A stretch of DNA of 64,000 bases from Mobula hypostoma (lineage: Eukaryota): positions 199,890,001 through 199,954,000 of the forward strand of contig NC_086100.1 in assembly GCF_963921235.1 (NCBI RefSeq). The letters run 5' to 3'. Of this stretch, positions 36,047 through 47,460 are shown piece after piece (the stretch's first letter is position 1; every line of letters begins with the position of its first letter). Position numbers and translations under genes: made by a program. Below the pieces are notes generated by a model. The model was not told the DNA's origin. It searched no databases and saw nothing but the letters and a program-made list of their open reading frames with translations.

Positions 36047-36352
36047 GTGTTGGTGCGTGGCCAAGTGGTTAAGGCGATCGTCTAGTGATCTGAAGGTCGC
36101 TAGTTCGAGCCTTGGCCGAGGCAGTGTGTTGTGTCCTTGAGAAAGGCACTTAATCACACATTGCTCTGCGACGACACCAGTGCCAAGCTGTATGGGTCCT
36201 AATGCCCTTCTCTTGGACAACATCGATGGTGTGGAGAGGGGAGACTTGCAGCATGGGCAACTGCTAGTCTTCCATACAACCTTGCCCAGGCCTGCACCCT
36301 GGAAACATTCCAAGGCGCAAATCCATGGTCTCACGAGACTAACGGATGCCTA
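36047..36352 (+). mobile_element. tRNA-derived SINE
   Basis: A box TGGCCAAGTGG, B box AGTTCGAGCC, CORE-like gtccttgagaaaggcacttaa; ~11-bp TSD atRcaaccctg (36036-46, 36353-63). Confidence 0.85.
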
Positions 36353-36599
36353 ATACAACCCTGAGATTTGCTTTTTGTGGGCATTCACAGTAAATTCACT
36401 GAGATACAGCACAGAATAGGTCCCTCCGGCATTTTGAGCCATGCCAGGCAGCATCCCCCAATTTAACCCTTGCCTAATCATACAGGACAATTTACAATGA
36501 ACAATTAATCAACCAAATGGCACATTTTTGGACTGTGGGAGAAAACCGTAGCACCCAGAGAAAACACACATGGTCATGGGGAGAACATACACACTCCTT

Positions 36600-37245
36600 A
36601 TAGATAGTGACGAGGATTGAAGAAACATAATAGGATCAATGAAAGACCAAAAGGACGAACGAACAACCAATCTGCAAAAGACAACAAACTACGCAAATAC
36701 GAGAAAAAAGAAATAACAATAATAAATGAATAAGCAATAACTATTGGGAACATGAGATAACGAGTCCATGAAAGTGTGTCCATTGATTAGGGAAACAGTT
36801 CAGTGATGGGGCGAGTAAAGTTAACCCCCACTGGTTCAGGACCCTAATGGTTGAGGGGTGATAACTATTCCTGAACCTGGTGGTGTGAGGCCTGAGACTC
36901 CTGTATCTTCTACCTGATGGCAGTAGCGTCCAGAGAAAATGTCCTGGGTGGGGCTAATAATGGATGCTGCTTTCTTGTGATGATGCTTGTGTAGACATGC
37001 TTAAAGCTGGGGAGGTCTTAACCCATGATGGACTCTACTACTTTTTGAAGGATTTTCCATTCAAGGACATTATTGTTTACACACCAGGCTCATCAATATA
37101 TTCTCCACAAGAAATCTGTTGTACTTTGTCAAAGTTTCAGACGACATGCTGAATCTTCAAAAACTTCTCAGGAAGTAGAGCCACTGCCACGTTTTCTACA
37201 CAATTGCACTTATGTGCTGGGCCCTGAGAGGGAGATCCTCTGAAA
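36600..37245 (-). mobile_element. Degenerate Rex1/Babar-like 3' portion
   Basis: ataactattcctgaacctgg..cctgtatcttctacctgatgg motif shared with the other Rex fragments. Confidence 0.55.
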
Positions 37246-37246
37246 T

Positions 37247-37802
37247 AAGACTATAAGACCATCAGCTAGAGAAGCAGAATTAGGCCATTTTGCCCATCGA
37301 GTTTGCTGCGCCATTTCATCATGGCTGATCCATATTTCCCCTCAGTCCCAATCTCCTGCCTTCTCCCCGTTTCCCTTCATGCCCTGACCAATCAAGAATC
37401 TAGCAAACGCTGCGTTAAATATACGTAAAGACTCAGCATCCACAGCCACCTGTGGCAACAAATTCCACAGATTCACACTCTTTGATGAAATAAATCCCTC
37501 CTCACCTCTATTCTGAGGCTGTGTCCTCTGGTCATTGACTCTCCTACCATAGGAAGCATCATCTCACATTCACTCTATTGAGGCCCATCAAGATTTCAAT
37601 GAGGTCACCCCTAATTCTTCCAAATTCCAATGCCATCTCTTCAAATGACAAGCCTTCCAATCCCAAAATAATTTTCCTGAACCTCCTTTTAACCCTCTCT
37701 GGTGTCAGCACATCCTTTCTAAGATAAGGGGCCCAAAACTACTCACAATACTCCAATGAGGCCATTTCAATGCCTTATAAAGCCTCAGCATCACATTCCT
37801 TC
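37247..37802 (-). mobile_element. CR1 3' end (subfamily C)
   Basis: VMLRLYKAL..HWSIVSSFGP; taagac tail. Confidence 0.8.
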
Positions 37803-37809
37803 TCTTCCA

Positions 37810-40800
37810 GAGAGTAGGAATAGAATAATGTGGAGGATAAACGCGTGGCTGAAGGATTGGAGCAGGGGGCAGGGATTCAGATTTCTGGATCATTGAGACC
37901 TCTTTTGGGGCAGGTGTGACATGTACAAAAAGGATGGGTTGCACTTGAATCCCAGGGTGACCAATATCCTGGCGGGGAGGTTTGCTAAGGCTATTGGGGA
38001 GAGTTTAAACTAGAATTGTTGGGGGTGGGAACCAAACTGAAGAGACTGGGGAAGAGGTGGTTGGCTCACAAATAGAGAAAGCTTGAAGACCGTGCGAGAG
38101 GGAGGATAGGCAGGTGATAGAGAAGGGATGCACTCAGAACAAAGGTTTGAGATGCGTCTATTTTAACGCAAGGAGTGTTGTGAACAAAGCGGATGAGCTT
38201 AGAGTGTGTATCAGTACTTGGAGCTATGATGTGGTGGCCATTACAGAGACTTGGAGGAGGGAGGCAAAAGAGGTGGGGACGTGACACTGCTGATCAGAGA
38301 TAGTGTCACGGCTGCAGAAAAGGTGGACGTCATGGAGGGATTGTCTACGGAGTCCCTGTGGGTGGAGGTTAGGAACAGGAAGGGGTCAATAACTTTACTG
38401 GGTGTTTTTTATAGACTGCCCAATAGAAACAGGGATATCGAGGAGCAGATAGGGAAACAGATCCTGGAAAGGTGTAATAATAACAGAGTTGTCGTGATGG
38501 GAGATTTTAATTTCCCAAATATCGATTGGCATCTCCCAAGAGCAAGGTGATTAGGTGGAGTTTGTTAGGTGTTTAGATTAGGTGGAGTTTGTTAGGTGTG
38601 TTCAGGAAGGTTTCTTGACACAATATGTAGATAAGCCTACAAGAGGAGAGGCTGTACTTGATCTTGTATTGGGAAATGAACCGGGTCAGGTGTTGGATCT
38701 CTCAGTGGGAGAGCATTTCAGAGAAAGTGTTCATAATTCTATTTCCTTTACAACAGCAGTGTAGAGAGATAGGAACAGACAAGTTAGAAAAGCATTTAAT
38801 TGGAGTAAGGGGAATTATGAGGCTATCAGGCAGGAAATTGGAAGCTTAATTTGGAAACAGATGTTCTCAGGGAAAAATATGGAAGAAATGTGGCAAATGA
38901 TCAGGGGATATTTGTGTGGAGTTCTGCATAGGTACATTCCAATGAGACAGGGAAGTTATGGTAGGGTACAGGAACTGAGGTGTACAAAGGCTGTAATAAA
39001 TCTAGTCAAGAAGAAAAGAAAAGCTTACAAAAGGTTCAGAGAGCAAGATAATTTTAGAGATCTAGAAGATTATAAGGTGAATAGGAAGGAGCTTAAGAGG
39101 GAAATTAGGAGAGCCAGAAGGGGCTATGAGAAGGCCTTGGCGGGCAGGATTAAGGAAAACCCCAAGGCATTCTACAAGTATGTGAAGAGCAAGAGGATAA
39201 GACGTGCAAGAATAGGACCTACCAAGTGTGACAGTGGGAAAGTATGTATGGAACCGGAGGAAATAGCAGAGGTACTTAATGAATACTTTACTTCAGTATT
39301 CACTATGGAAAAGGATCTTGGTGATTGTAGTGATGACTTGCAGCAGACGGAATAGCTTGAGCATGTAGATATTAAGAAGGAGGATGTGCTGGAGCTTTTG
39401 GAAAGCATCAGGTTAGATAAGTCTCCAGGACCAGACAAGAAGTACCCCAGACTACTGTGGGAGTCGAGGGAGGAGATTGCTGAGCCTCTGGCGATGATCT
39501 TTGCATCATCAATGGGGACGGGAGAGGTTCTGGAGGATTGGAGGGTTGCGGATGTTGTTCCTTTATTCAAGAAAGAGAGTAGAGATTGCCCAGGAAATTA
39601 TAGACCAGTGAGTTGGTAAGTTGATGGAGAAGATCCTGAGAGGCAGGATTTATGAACATTTGGAGAGGTATAACATGATCAGGAATAGTCAGCATGGCTT
39701 TGTCAAAGGCAGGTCGTGCCTTTTGAGCCTGATTGAACTTTTTGAGAATGTGATTAAACACATTGATGAAGGAAGAGCAGTAGATGTAGTGTATATGGAT
39801 TTCAGTAAGGCATTTGATAAGGTACCACATGCAAGGCTTATTGAGAAACTAAGGAAGCATGGGATCGAAGGGGCCAATGCTTTGTGCATCCAGAACCAGC
39901 TTGCCCACAGAAGGGAAAGAGTGGTCGTAGACGGGTCATATTCTGCATGGAGGTTGGTGACCAGTGGTGTGTCTCAGGGATCTGTTCTGGGACCTTTACT
40001 CTTCGTCATTTTTGTAAATAACCTGGATGAGGAAGTGGAGGGATGGGTTAGTAAGTTTGCTGATGACACAAAGGTTGGAGGTGTTGTGGATAGTGTGGAG
40101 GGCTGTCAGAGATTACAGCGGGACATTGATAGGATGCAAAACTGGGCTGAGAAGTGGCAGATGGAGTTCAATCCAGATAAGTGTGAAGTGGTTCATTTTG
40201 GTAGGTCAAATATGATGGCAGAATATAGTATTAATGGCAAGACTCTTGGCAGTGTGGAGGATCAGAGGGATCTTGGGGTCCAAGTCCACAGGATGCTCAA
40301 AGCAGCTACGCAGGTTGACTCTGTGGCTAAGAAGCCGTACTGTGTATTGGCCTGCATCAATCGTGGAATTGAATTTAGGAGCCGAGAGGTAATGTTGCAG
40401 ATGTTGCAGCTATATAGGACCCTGTGCTCAGTTCTGGTCACCTTACTACAGGAAGGATGTGGAAGCCATAGAAAGGGTGCAGAGGAGATTGACAAGGATA
40501 TTGTCTGGATTGGGGAGCATGCCTTATGAAAACAGGTTGAGTGAACTCAGCCTTTTCTCCTTGGAGCGACGGAGGATGAGAGGTGACCTGATAGAGGTGT
40601 ATAAGATGATGAGAGGCATTGATCGTGTGGATAGTCAGAGGCTTTTTCCCAGGACTGAAATGGTTGCCACAAGAGGACACAGGTTTAAGGTGCTGGGGAG
40701 TAGGTACAGAGGAGATGTCAGGGTTAAGTTTTTTAATCAGACAGTGGTGAGTGCGTGGAATGGGCTGCCGGCAACGGTGGTGGAGGCAAATACGATAGGG

Positions 40801-40948
40801 TCTTTTAAGAACTTTTGGATAGGTACATGGAGCTTTGAAAAATAGAGGGCTTATAGGTAAGCCTAGTAATTTCTAAGGTAAGGACATGTTCGGCACAACT
40901 TTGTGGGCCGAAGGGCCTGTATTGTGCTGCAGGTTTTCTGTGTTTCTG
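37810..40948 (+). mobile_element. Long CR1 (subfamily B): ORF1 end plus decayed ORF2
   Basis: ORFs 38251-40845: GGDVTLLI, YRLPN, MGDFN, PGPD, QHGF, DFSKAFD, SQGSVLGP, FADD. Confidence 0.93.
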
Positions 40949-41026
40949 TTCTAGACCTCTTGAAATGAATGCTAACATTGCATTTGCCTTCCTCACCACC
41001 GACTCTACCTACAAGTTAACCTTTAG

Positions 41027-41260
41027 CAACACACATCAAAGTTGCTGGTGAACGCAGCAGGCCAGGCAGCATCTCTAGGAAGAGGTACAGTTGACACTTC
41101 AGGCCGAGACCCTTCGTCAGGTGTTAGTCCTGACGAAGGGTCTCGGCCTGAAACGTCGACTGTACCTCTTCCTAGAGATGCTGCCTGGCCTGCTGCGTTC
41201 ACCAGCAACTTTGATGTTTATTGCTTGAATTTCCCTCATCTGCAGAATTCCTGTTGTTTG
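41027..41260. mobile_element. Palindromic PLE-derived hammerhead element with 13-bp TSD
   Basis: ~95-bp inverted arms around a 7-nt loop (41122-28); TSD agttaacctttag (41014-26, 41261-73). Confidence 0.9.
41125..41162 (+). ncRNA. Minimal type I hammerhead ribozyme motif (intact core)
   Basis: AGTC-CTGACGA-AGG-GTCTCGG-CCT-GAAA-CGTC-GACT. Confidence 0.8.
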
Positions 41261-42715
41261 AGTTAACCTTTAGGGTGCTCTGCACATGGACTCCCAAGTC
41301 CCTTTGCATATCAGATATTTGGATTTTCTCCCCGTCTAGAAAATAGTCTGCACGTTTACTTGTTCTATTGAAGTGCATGACCGCGCATTTTCCAACATTG
41401 TATTTAATATGCCATTCTCTTGCTCATTCTCCTAATCTGTCTAAGTCCTTCTGCAGCCTTCTTGTTTCCTCAACATTACCTGCACCCCACCAATCTTTGT
41501 TTCACCTGCAAATTTGGCAAAAAAGCCATCTATTCCATTATTTAAATCATTAATATACAACATAAAAATAGTGATCCCAACACCGACCCCTGAGGAACAC
41601 CACTAGTCACTAGTCACAGAAAAGGATCCTTTTATTCCCACTGGCTGCCCCCTCCCAAACATCCAATGCTCTAACCATGTCAGTAACTTTCCTCTAATGC
41701 CACGTGCTCTTAACTTGGTAAGCAGCCTCATGTGCAGTACCTTGTCAAAGGCCTTCTGAAAATCCAAACATACACCATACTCTGCATCACCTTTATCTAT
41801 CCTGCCCATAACCTCCTCAAAGAATTCCATCTGGTTTGTCAGGCAAGATTTTCCCTTGAGGAAACCATGCTGACTTTGTCCTATCTTGTTCTGTGTCACC
41901 AAGTACTCCATAACAATTGACTCCAACATCTTCCCAACCACTGAGGTCAGGATAACTGGTCTGTCATTTTCTTTCTGCTGCCTCCCTCCTTTCCTAAAGA
42001 GTGGAGTGACATTTGCAATTTTCCAGTCCTCTGGAACCATGCCAGAGTCCAACAATATTTGATAGATCATTATTAATGCCTCCACAATCTCTTTCAGAAC
42101 CCTAGGGTGCAGTTTATCTGGTCCAGATGACTTTTGTACCTTCAGGTCTTCCAACTTTTTTGAGCACCTTTTCCCTTGTAATAGTAACTACAGTCACTTG
42201 TCCTCCCTCTCACCCTTCAACACCTGGCACACTGCTAGTGTCTTCCATAGTGAAGACCAATGCAAAATACTCATTTAGTTCATCTGCCATCTCCTTGTCC
42301 CCTGTTATTATTTCTTTGGTCTTATTTTCTGGAGTTCCTATATCCACTCTCATCACTTATAGTTTTTTACATACTTGAAAAAGCTTTTTCTATCCATCTT
42401 GATATTGTTTGCTCACTTGCTTTCATATTTCATCTTTCCCTCCTAATTATTCTTTTAGTTGCTCGCTGTAGGTTTTTAAAACTTCCCAAACTCTACCTTC
42501 TCACTAATTTTTGCTTTGTTGTCTGCCCTCTCTTTTGCTTTTACATTAGTTTGACTTCCCTTGTCAGCCACAGTTGTATTGTTTTGCCATTTGAGCATTT
42601 CTTCATTTTTGGAATACGTCTATCCTTCCTCATTTTTCCCAGAAACTCATGCCGTTTCTGCTCTGCTGTCATCCTTGCCAGCACCATCTTCCAATTTACT
42701 TCAGCCAACTCATAG

Positions 42716-44395
42716 AAACAGCTTCGACATTGCATCCCATCTCCTGTACTGAAAACTTTGATTTATGAAGCCCAATGTTCCAAAAGAATTTTTATGAACC
42801 TGTCTATCTGTGCCACTTGTTTCAATGAATTATGGATCTGTATTCCCAGATTCCTTTGTCCTACCACACTCCTCAGTGCCCGAACGTTCTCTGTGTAAGA
42901 CCTGCCCTAGCTGGTCCTGCCAAAGTGCCATATCTCCCATGTGACTGCATTAAATTCCATCTCCCATTTTTCAGCCTATTGTTTCAGCTCATCCAGAACT
43001 CACTGCAAGCTCTGATACTCTTCCTTGCTGTCCACTACACACCCAGTCTTGGTGTCATTTGCAAATTTGCTGATGCATCTTCATCCTGTTGGAGCTGGTG
43101 ATTTTTGATCTGCAGGTTCTTTTAGGGCTCCAAGAATAAGTTGAAAACTTGTTGCTTCATGACTATTTCTTGAAAGTTTAAACAAAAGAAACAGCCAAAG
43201 AGCACATGATACTAAGGAACAAAGAATCAAGGCAAAGACAAGACAAAATTGTGGTTTTTGCAGAAACAGACACTTTTACACTGAGTAATGCAAATTCTTG
43301 AGATAAAGAATTGTAAGACACACAGTTATAACATGAACACTTAGCCAATGAAAAATGAAAGTTGATAAACTGGAATGTAACTGTTATATCGCTTTACCAC
43401 CAGCAGGTAGAGTCTAACACCACATATTGTGTAAAAAAAAGTTAACCCAGATAATAGATATAGATGACAAACAACAATGGAACCAGCACCAATCCCTGTG
43501 GCACTCCAATAGTCACAGGCCTCCAGTCAGAGAGGCAAACATCTACTCCCACTCTCTGGCTTCCCCCTCAAAGCCAATGTCTAATCCATTTTTCTACCTC
43601 ACAAGTGGCAGCACCAGTGACTCGTGTGAGCTTGATTTCAACGTCTAAGGGAAGTTTAGATAGGTACATGGATGGTAAGGGTATGGAGGGCTAGAGGCCT
43701 GGTGAAGGTCGATGCGAGTCGGCAATTTAAATGGTTCGGCATGGACTAGATGGGCTGAAAGGCCTGTTTATGTGCTGCACTTTTCTATTTCTCTATGACT
43801 TATCCTGATTGTTAAGTGACTGAACCTTCTTGACCAAACTCCCATGCGGGATCTTGTCAAATGCCTTGCTAAAGTCCATGTAGACAACATCCACTGCCTT
43901 GCCTTCATCACCTTCCCCGACCTATAATTTCCTGGTTTATTTTTAGAGCCTTCCTTAAACAGTGAAACAACGTTAACAATCCTCAATCCCTCACCTGTCG
44001 CTAAGGATGATTTAAGTATCTCTGCCAGGGGCCCTACAACTTCTGCACTTGCCATCCACAGGGTCCAAGGGAACACGTCTTCGGGCCCTGGAGACTTATC
44101 TACCCTAATCTGCCTCAAGACAGGAAACTCCTCCCGCTCTGTAATCTGTATGGGGTCCGTGACCTCTCCATTGCTTTGCCTCACTTCTACAGACCGTGTC
44201 CATCTCCAGACTGACCTCAGATACAACACATCCAATTAGGGTCTTCCCCATCTCTTTTTGCTCCAAGCACAGATCACCATTCTGATCTTCCAAAGGACCA
44301 ATTTTGTCTCTTATGATCCTTTTGCTTTTAACATACATGTAGGATCCATGTGACCTCATTGAAACCTATCGAATGGTGAAAGGCTTTGATCGAGT
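42716..44395. mobile_element. Patchwork of old CR1 fragments in both orientations
   Basis: catttgcaaatttgctga; DKSPGPED; 3' tail ggcctgtttatgtgctg..tctatgact. Confidence 0.6.
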
Positions 44396-44399
44396 GGAT

Positions 44400-45178
44400 T
44401 TCAAAGATTTCAAATGTACATTTAATGTCAGAGAAATGTATACAATATACATCCTGAAATGTTTTTTCTTTGCAAACATCCATGAAAACAGAGGAGTGCC
44501 CCCAAAGAGTGAATGACAGTTAAATGTTAGAACCCCAAAGTCCCCCCCATCTCCCCTCCTTCCTGCGCGTAAGCAGCAACAAAGCAATGATCCCCCCCCC
44601 CACCAGCAAAAAAGAGCATCGGCACCCACCACCGAGCACTCAAGCATGCCGCAAAGACACAGACTTGCAGTACCACAAATTCTACTCCTTCACCTGGTAT
44701 TCGACATACCACAGGCTCTCTCTCCCTAATAAGGGAGAAAGCGGTGTCTCCATTTCACAGCGAGATGGGAGACATAACAAACACCTCGCTGGTTTACAAT
44801 GTTAAAAGTCCGTTGCATCACTTTTTCTGAGCTCTGTGCCCAAAGATCTCAGGCCTCTGGGCACACAGCCAGTGATCTTCCAATTCCCACGACACACCGA
44901 TTTCCTGCCGGGACACTGACCTTCAATCCGCCTGTGTCCTGAGCCACAAAATCCTGAACCTCCGAAGGTGAGTGAAGCTCTTAGGCCACATTCTTGGTGT
45001 GTTGAATAACGGCCAGTCATGAAACCATGAGAACAGGTCCCATTCCCGCAAAGAACCGAAGTCAGCGTATAACTCCAGGTCAAAGAACCGTGAAAGGGAA
45101 AAATAGAGATATTAAAGATGCAAATAGAGCTGTTTCTGAAGATGCAAGTACAGGAGTCGCCACTTAGCACCATCATAA
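44400..45178 (-). repeat. Unclassified interspersed repeat, second copy at 55385-55995 (+)
   Basis: atgatggtgctaagtggcgactcct..gcatcttcagaaacagctc vs atgatggcgccgaacggcgactcct..gcatcttcggaaacagctc; also shares cacagagctc, tttaacat, atgtctccc.tctcgctgtgaaa. Confidence 0.75.
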
Positions 45179-45199
45179 CTAAACTCTGCCGTCTTCTAT

Positions 45200-46850
45200 T
45201 GGAGAGGATGCTTTCAAATGTGGGAGAGTCTAAGACCAGAGGATACAGACTCAGAAAAGAAAGGCATCCTTTTAGAACAGACGAGGAGGAATTTCTTTAT
45301 CCAGAGTGTGGTGAATCTGTGGAATTCATTGCCACAGTTAGATGTAGAGGCAAAGTCTGTATGTCTATTTAATGCAGCACTCTTAGCCTGATCCTGCCAA
45401 AGTCCCAACAGTTCCTGTAATGTCTTGATTGGTCAGGGCATGAAAGGTTACGGGAAAAAGGCAGGAAATTGGTACTGAGAGGAAAAATGGACCAGCTACG
45501 ATGACATGTTGGAGCAGACTCAATGGGCCAAATGGCCTAAATCTTCTGCGATGTCATCTGGTCTTAAAACAGCCTGACCCACTCCAGACATACCAGATCC
45601 TTTCTGATACCATCAACAGTGGCCTTTCTCCAATTTAGAATCTCAACCCGTGGGTCTGACCTATCTTTACGCATTTACTTTGAGACTAATGGTATCGTGA
45701 TCACTAGATGCAAAGTGTTCCCCAACACAAACTTCTATCACCTGCCCTGTGTCATTCCCAAAGAGCAGATCAACTAACATACACTCTCTAATTGGGACTT
45801 CTACTGTATGTACTGATTTAGGAAACGATGCTGTGCACATTTGACAAACTCTATTCCATCTAGTCCATTTACTCTAAGGGAGTCCCAGTCAGTATGTGGA
45901 AAATTAGAATCACCTACTTAACAAACTTATGTTTCTTGTAATAGTCTGTGATTTCTCTGCAAGTTTGTTCCTGTAAATCCCGTGGACAGTTAGGTGGTCT
46001 GTAATATACCCCATTAATGTGGTCATACATTTCTTATTCCACATTTCCACCCATAAAGCCTCACCAGACAAATTCTCCAGTCTGTCCTGACAGAGACTGC
46101 TGTGACATTTTCCCTGACTAATAATACCACTCCTTTCCCTTTCATCCCTTCTGCCCCGTTACGTCTAAAACAGAGGAACCCAGAATACTGAGCTGCAAGT
46201 ACTGTCCCTCCTGCAACCTTCTGACTAATGGCTGCAATATCATAATTCCAGGTGTTGATCCATTCCCTGAGATCATCTGCCTTTCCTACAATATTTCTTG
46301 CATTGAAATACACAGAAAACATGCTCAACCTTTTGATTCCTGACTTTGTCTGAGGTCTTAACAATATCTGTGTCCACAACCTCTCCGCTATCCATTCTGG
46401 CACTCTGGTTCCCATCCCCCTGTAACTCTAGTTTATAGTCACCAGGGAGACTATTATGTATCCTGCAATCCCACATCTCAGAGGAACTTTCCACCGCCCT
46501 ATCTACCATCCTGCCAATTTTTGTTATTCTTTTGGCTCTAACTTCTTCAGCTTAAACTCTACAATCAACTCAATGATTCCAAAGGACTCAGCACCCGAAG
46601 CCTGTTTTCACCAAAGCCTGTTGAGCCACAGCCTGACCACTCTAACACTGGCCCACACACACAATGGCTGTTCCACTTCCAGCTCTCTGCTTTTTATTGG
46701 CCTTTGCTAAGTTACTAATAACCTAAGCAATCTCCCACTCAGCATTCAAGTCCTGACAGGTCCTGGTCACTCTTTAAGCCTGGCATATAAATTCCACAAG
46801 TAACTGTCTGCAACTCACTCTGCGATCTCCTACTCGGCAGATTAGAGGAT
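45200..46850. mobile_element. CR1 fragments: 3' end (+, ~45200-45560) and endonuclease/5' region (-, ~45570-46850)
   Basis: GESKTRGYRL; VYFNARNIVGKADDL. Confidence 0.7.
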
Positions 46851-46859
46851 CATTGTGAT

Positions 46860-47460
46860 CTCCTCTGGGGGGGCTTGACTTGTGGAAACCCCTTTTTACC
46901 GGGCATCTCTAGAAACACAGGTGTCTAGCCCCTCGCTAACAAGAAAATGGAATCAGCAGTGAGAAAACCAGCTTTCTCAAAATCTGTACATATGGGGTCG
47001 ATATGACTTGGGTCCCACCAGACCGAGAGAGCTGGGATGTTTCAACTACCCGCCCCCTAATCTTAGTGAATACTGTGTAAACACTGTCCACTTGCAATTA
47101 CCTGTCAACAAGAAATAACAGATCATTTACTGCATACAATTATAAAGGAAGTACATTTACAAATGTCAGCTTTAGCGAACAATTAGTAGGAAAAATAAAA
47201 GAAAAGAATAAAAAGGGCCTATTCATTTAAACCAGTCCATCTGTGCACATAAGTTGGAGCTCATCTTGAAGTTGTCTTTAATCGTGCGCTGAACCACAGT
47301 CTGCGTGAAGCACACATCACCTTCCCAAGTTGAACAACATAGCCCCTTATCTTCAGCTCAAACACAAACATGCTAAAAGCAGAACAGATTTCTCTTACAG
47401 AACTGCTAAAATGAAATACCTGCAGCAGAGCAGTAAAAACCTTAACCAGGGCATTATATC
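46860..47460 (-). mobile_element. Possible old solo LTR related to the Gypsy LTR family
   Basis: aataaaaagggcc..tgtgcacataagttggagctca resembles 19708-19767; termini are uncertain. Confidence 0.4.

Larger units (their letters stand above)
40949..42715 (-). mobile_element. CR1 RT fragment (subfamily C)
   Basis: ORF 41603..42154 GPDKLHPRVLKE..QHGF..DFQKAFD. Confidence 0.88.

Noticed and set aside
36047..36125. tRNA gene
   Set aside because: It has A and B boxes but continues into a SINE body with tail and TSD, and has no T-run terminator.
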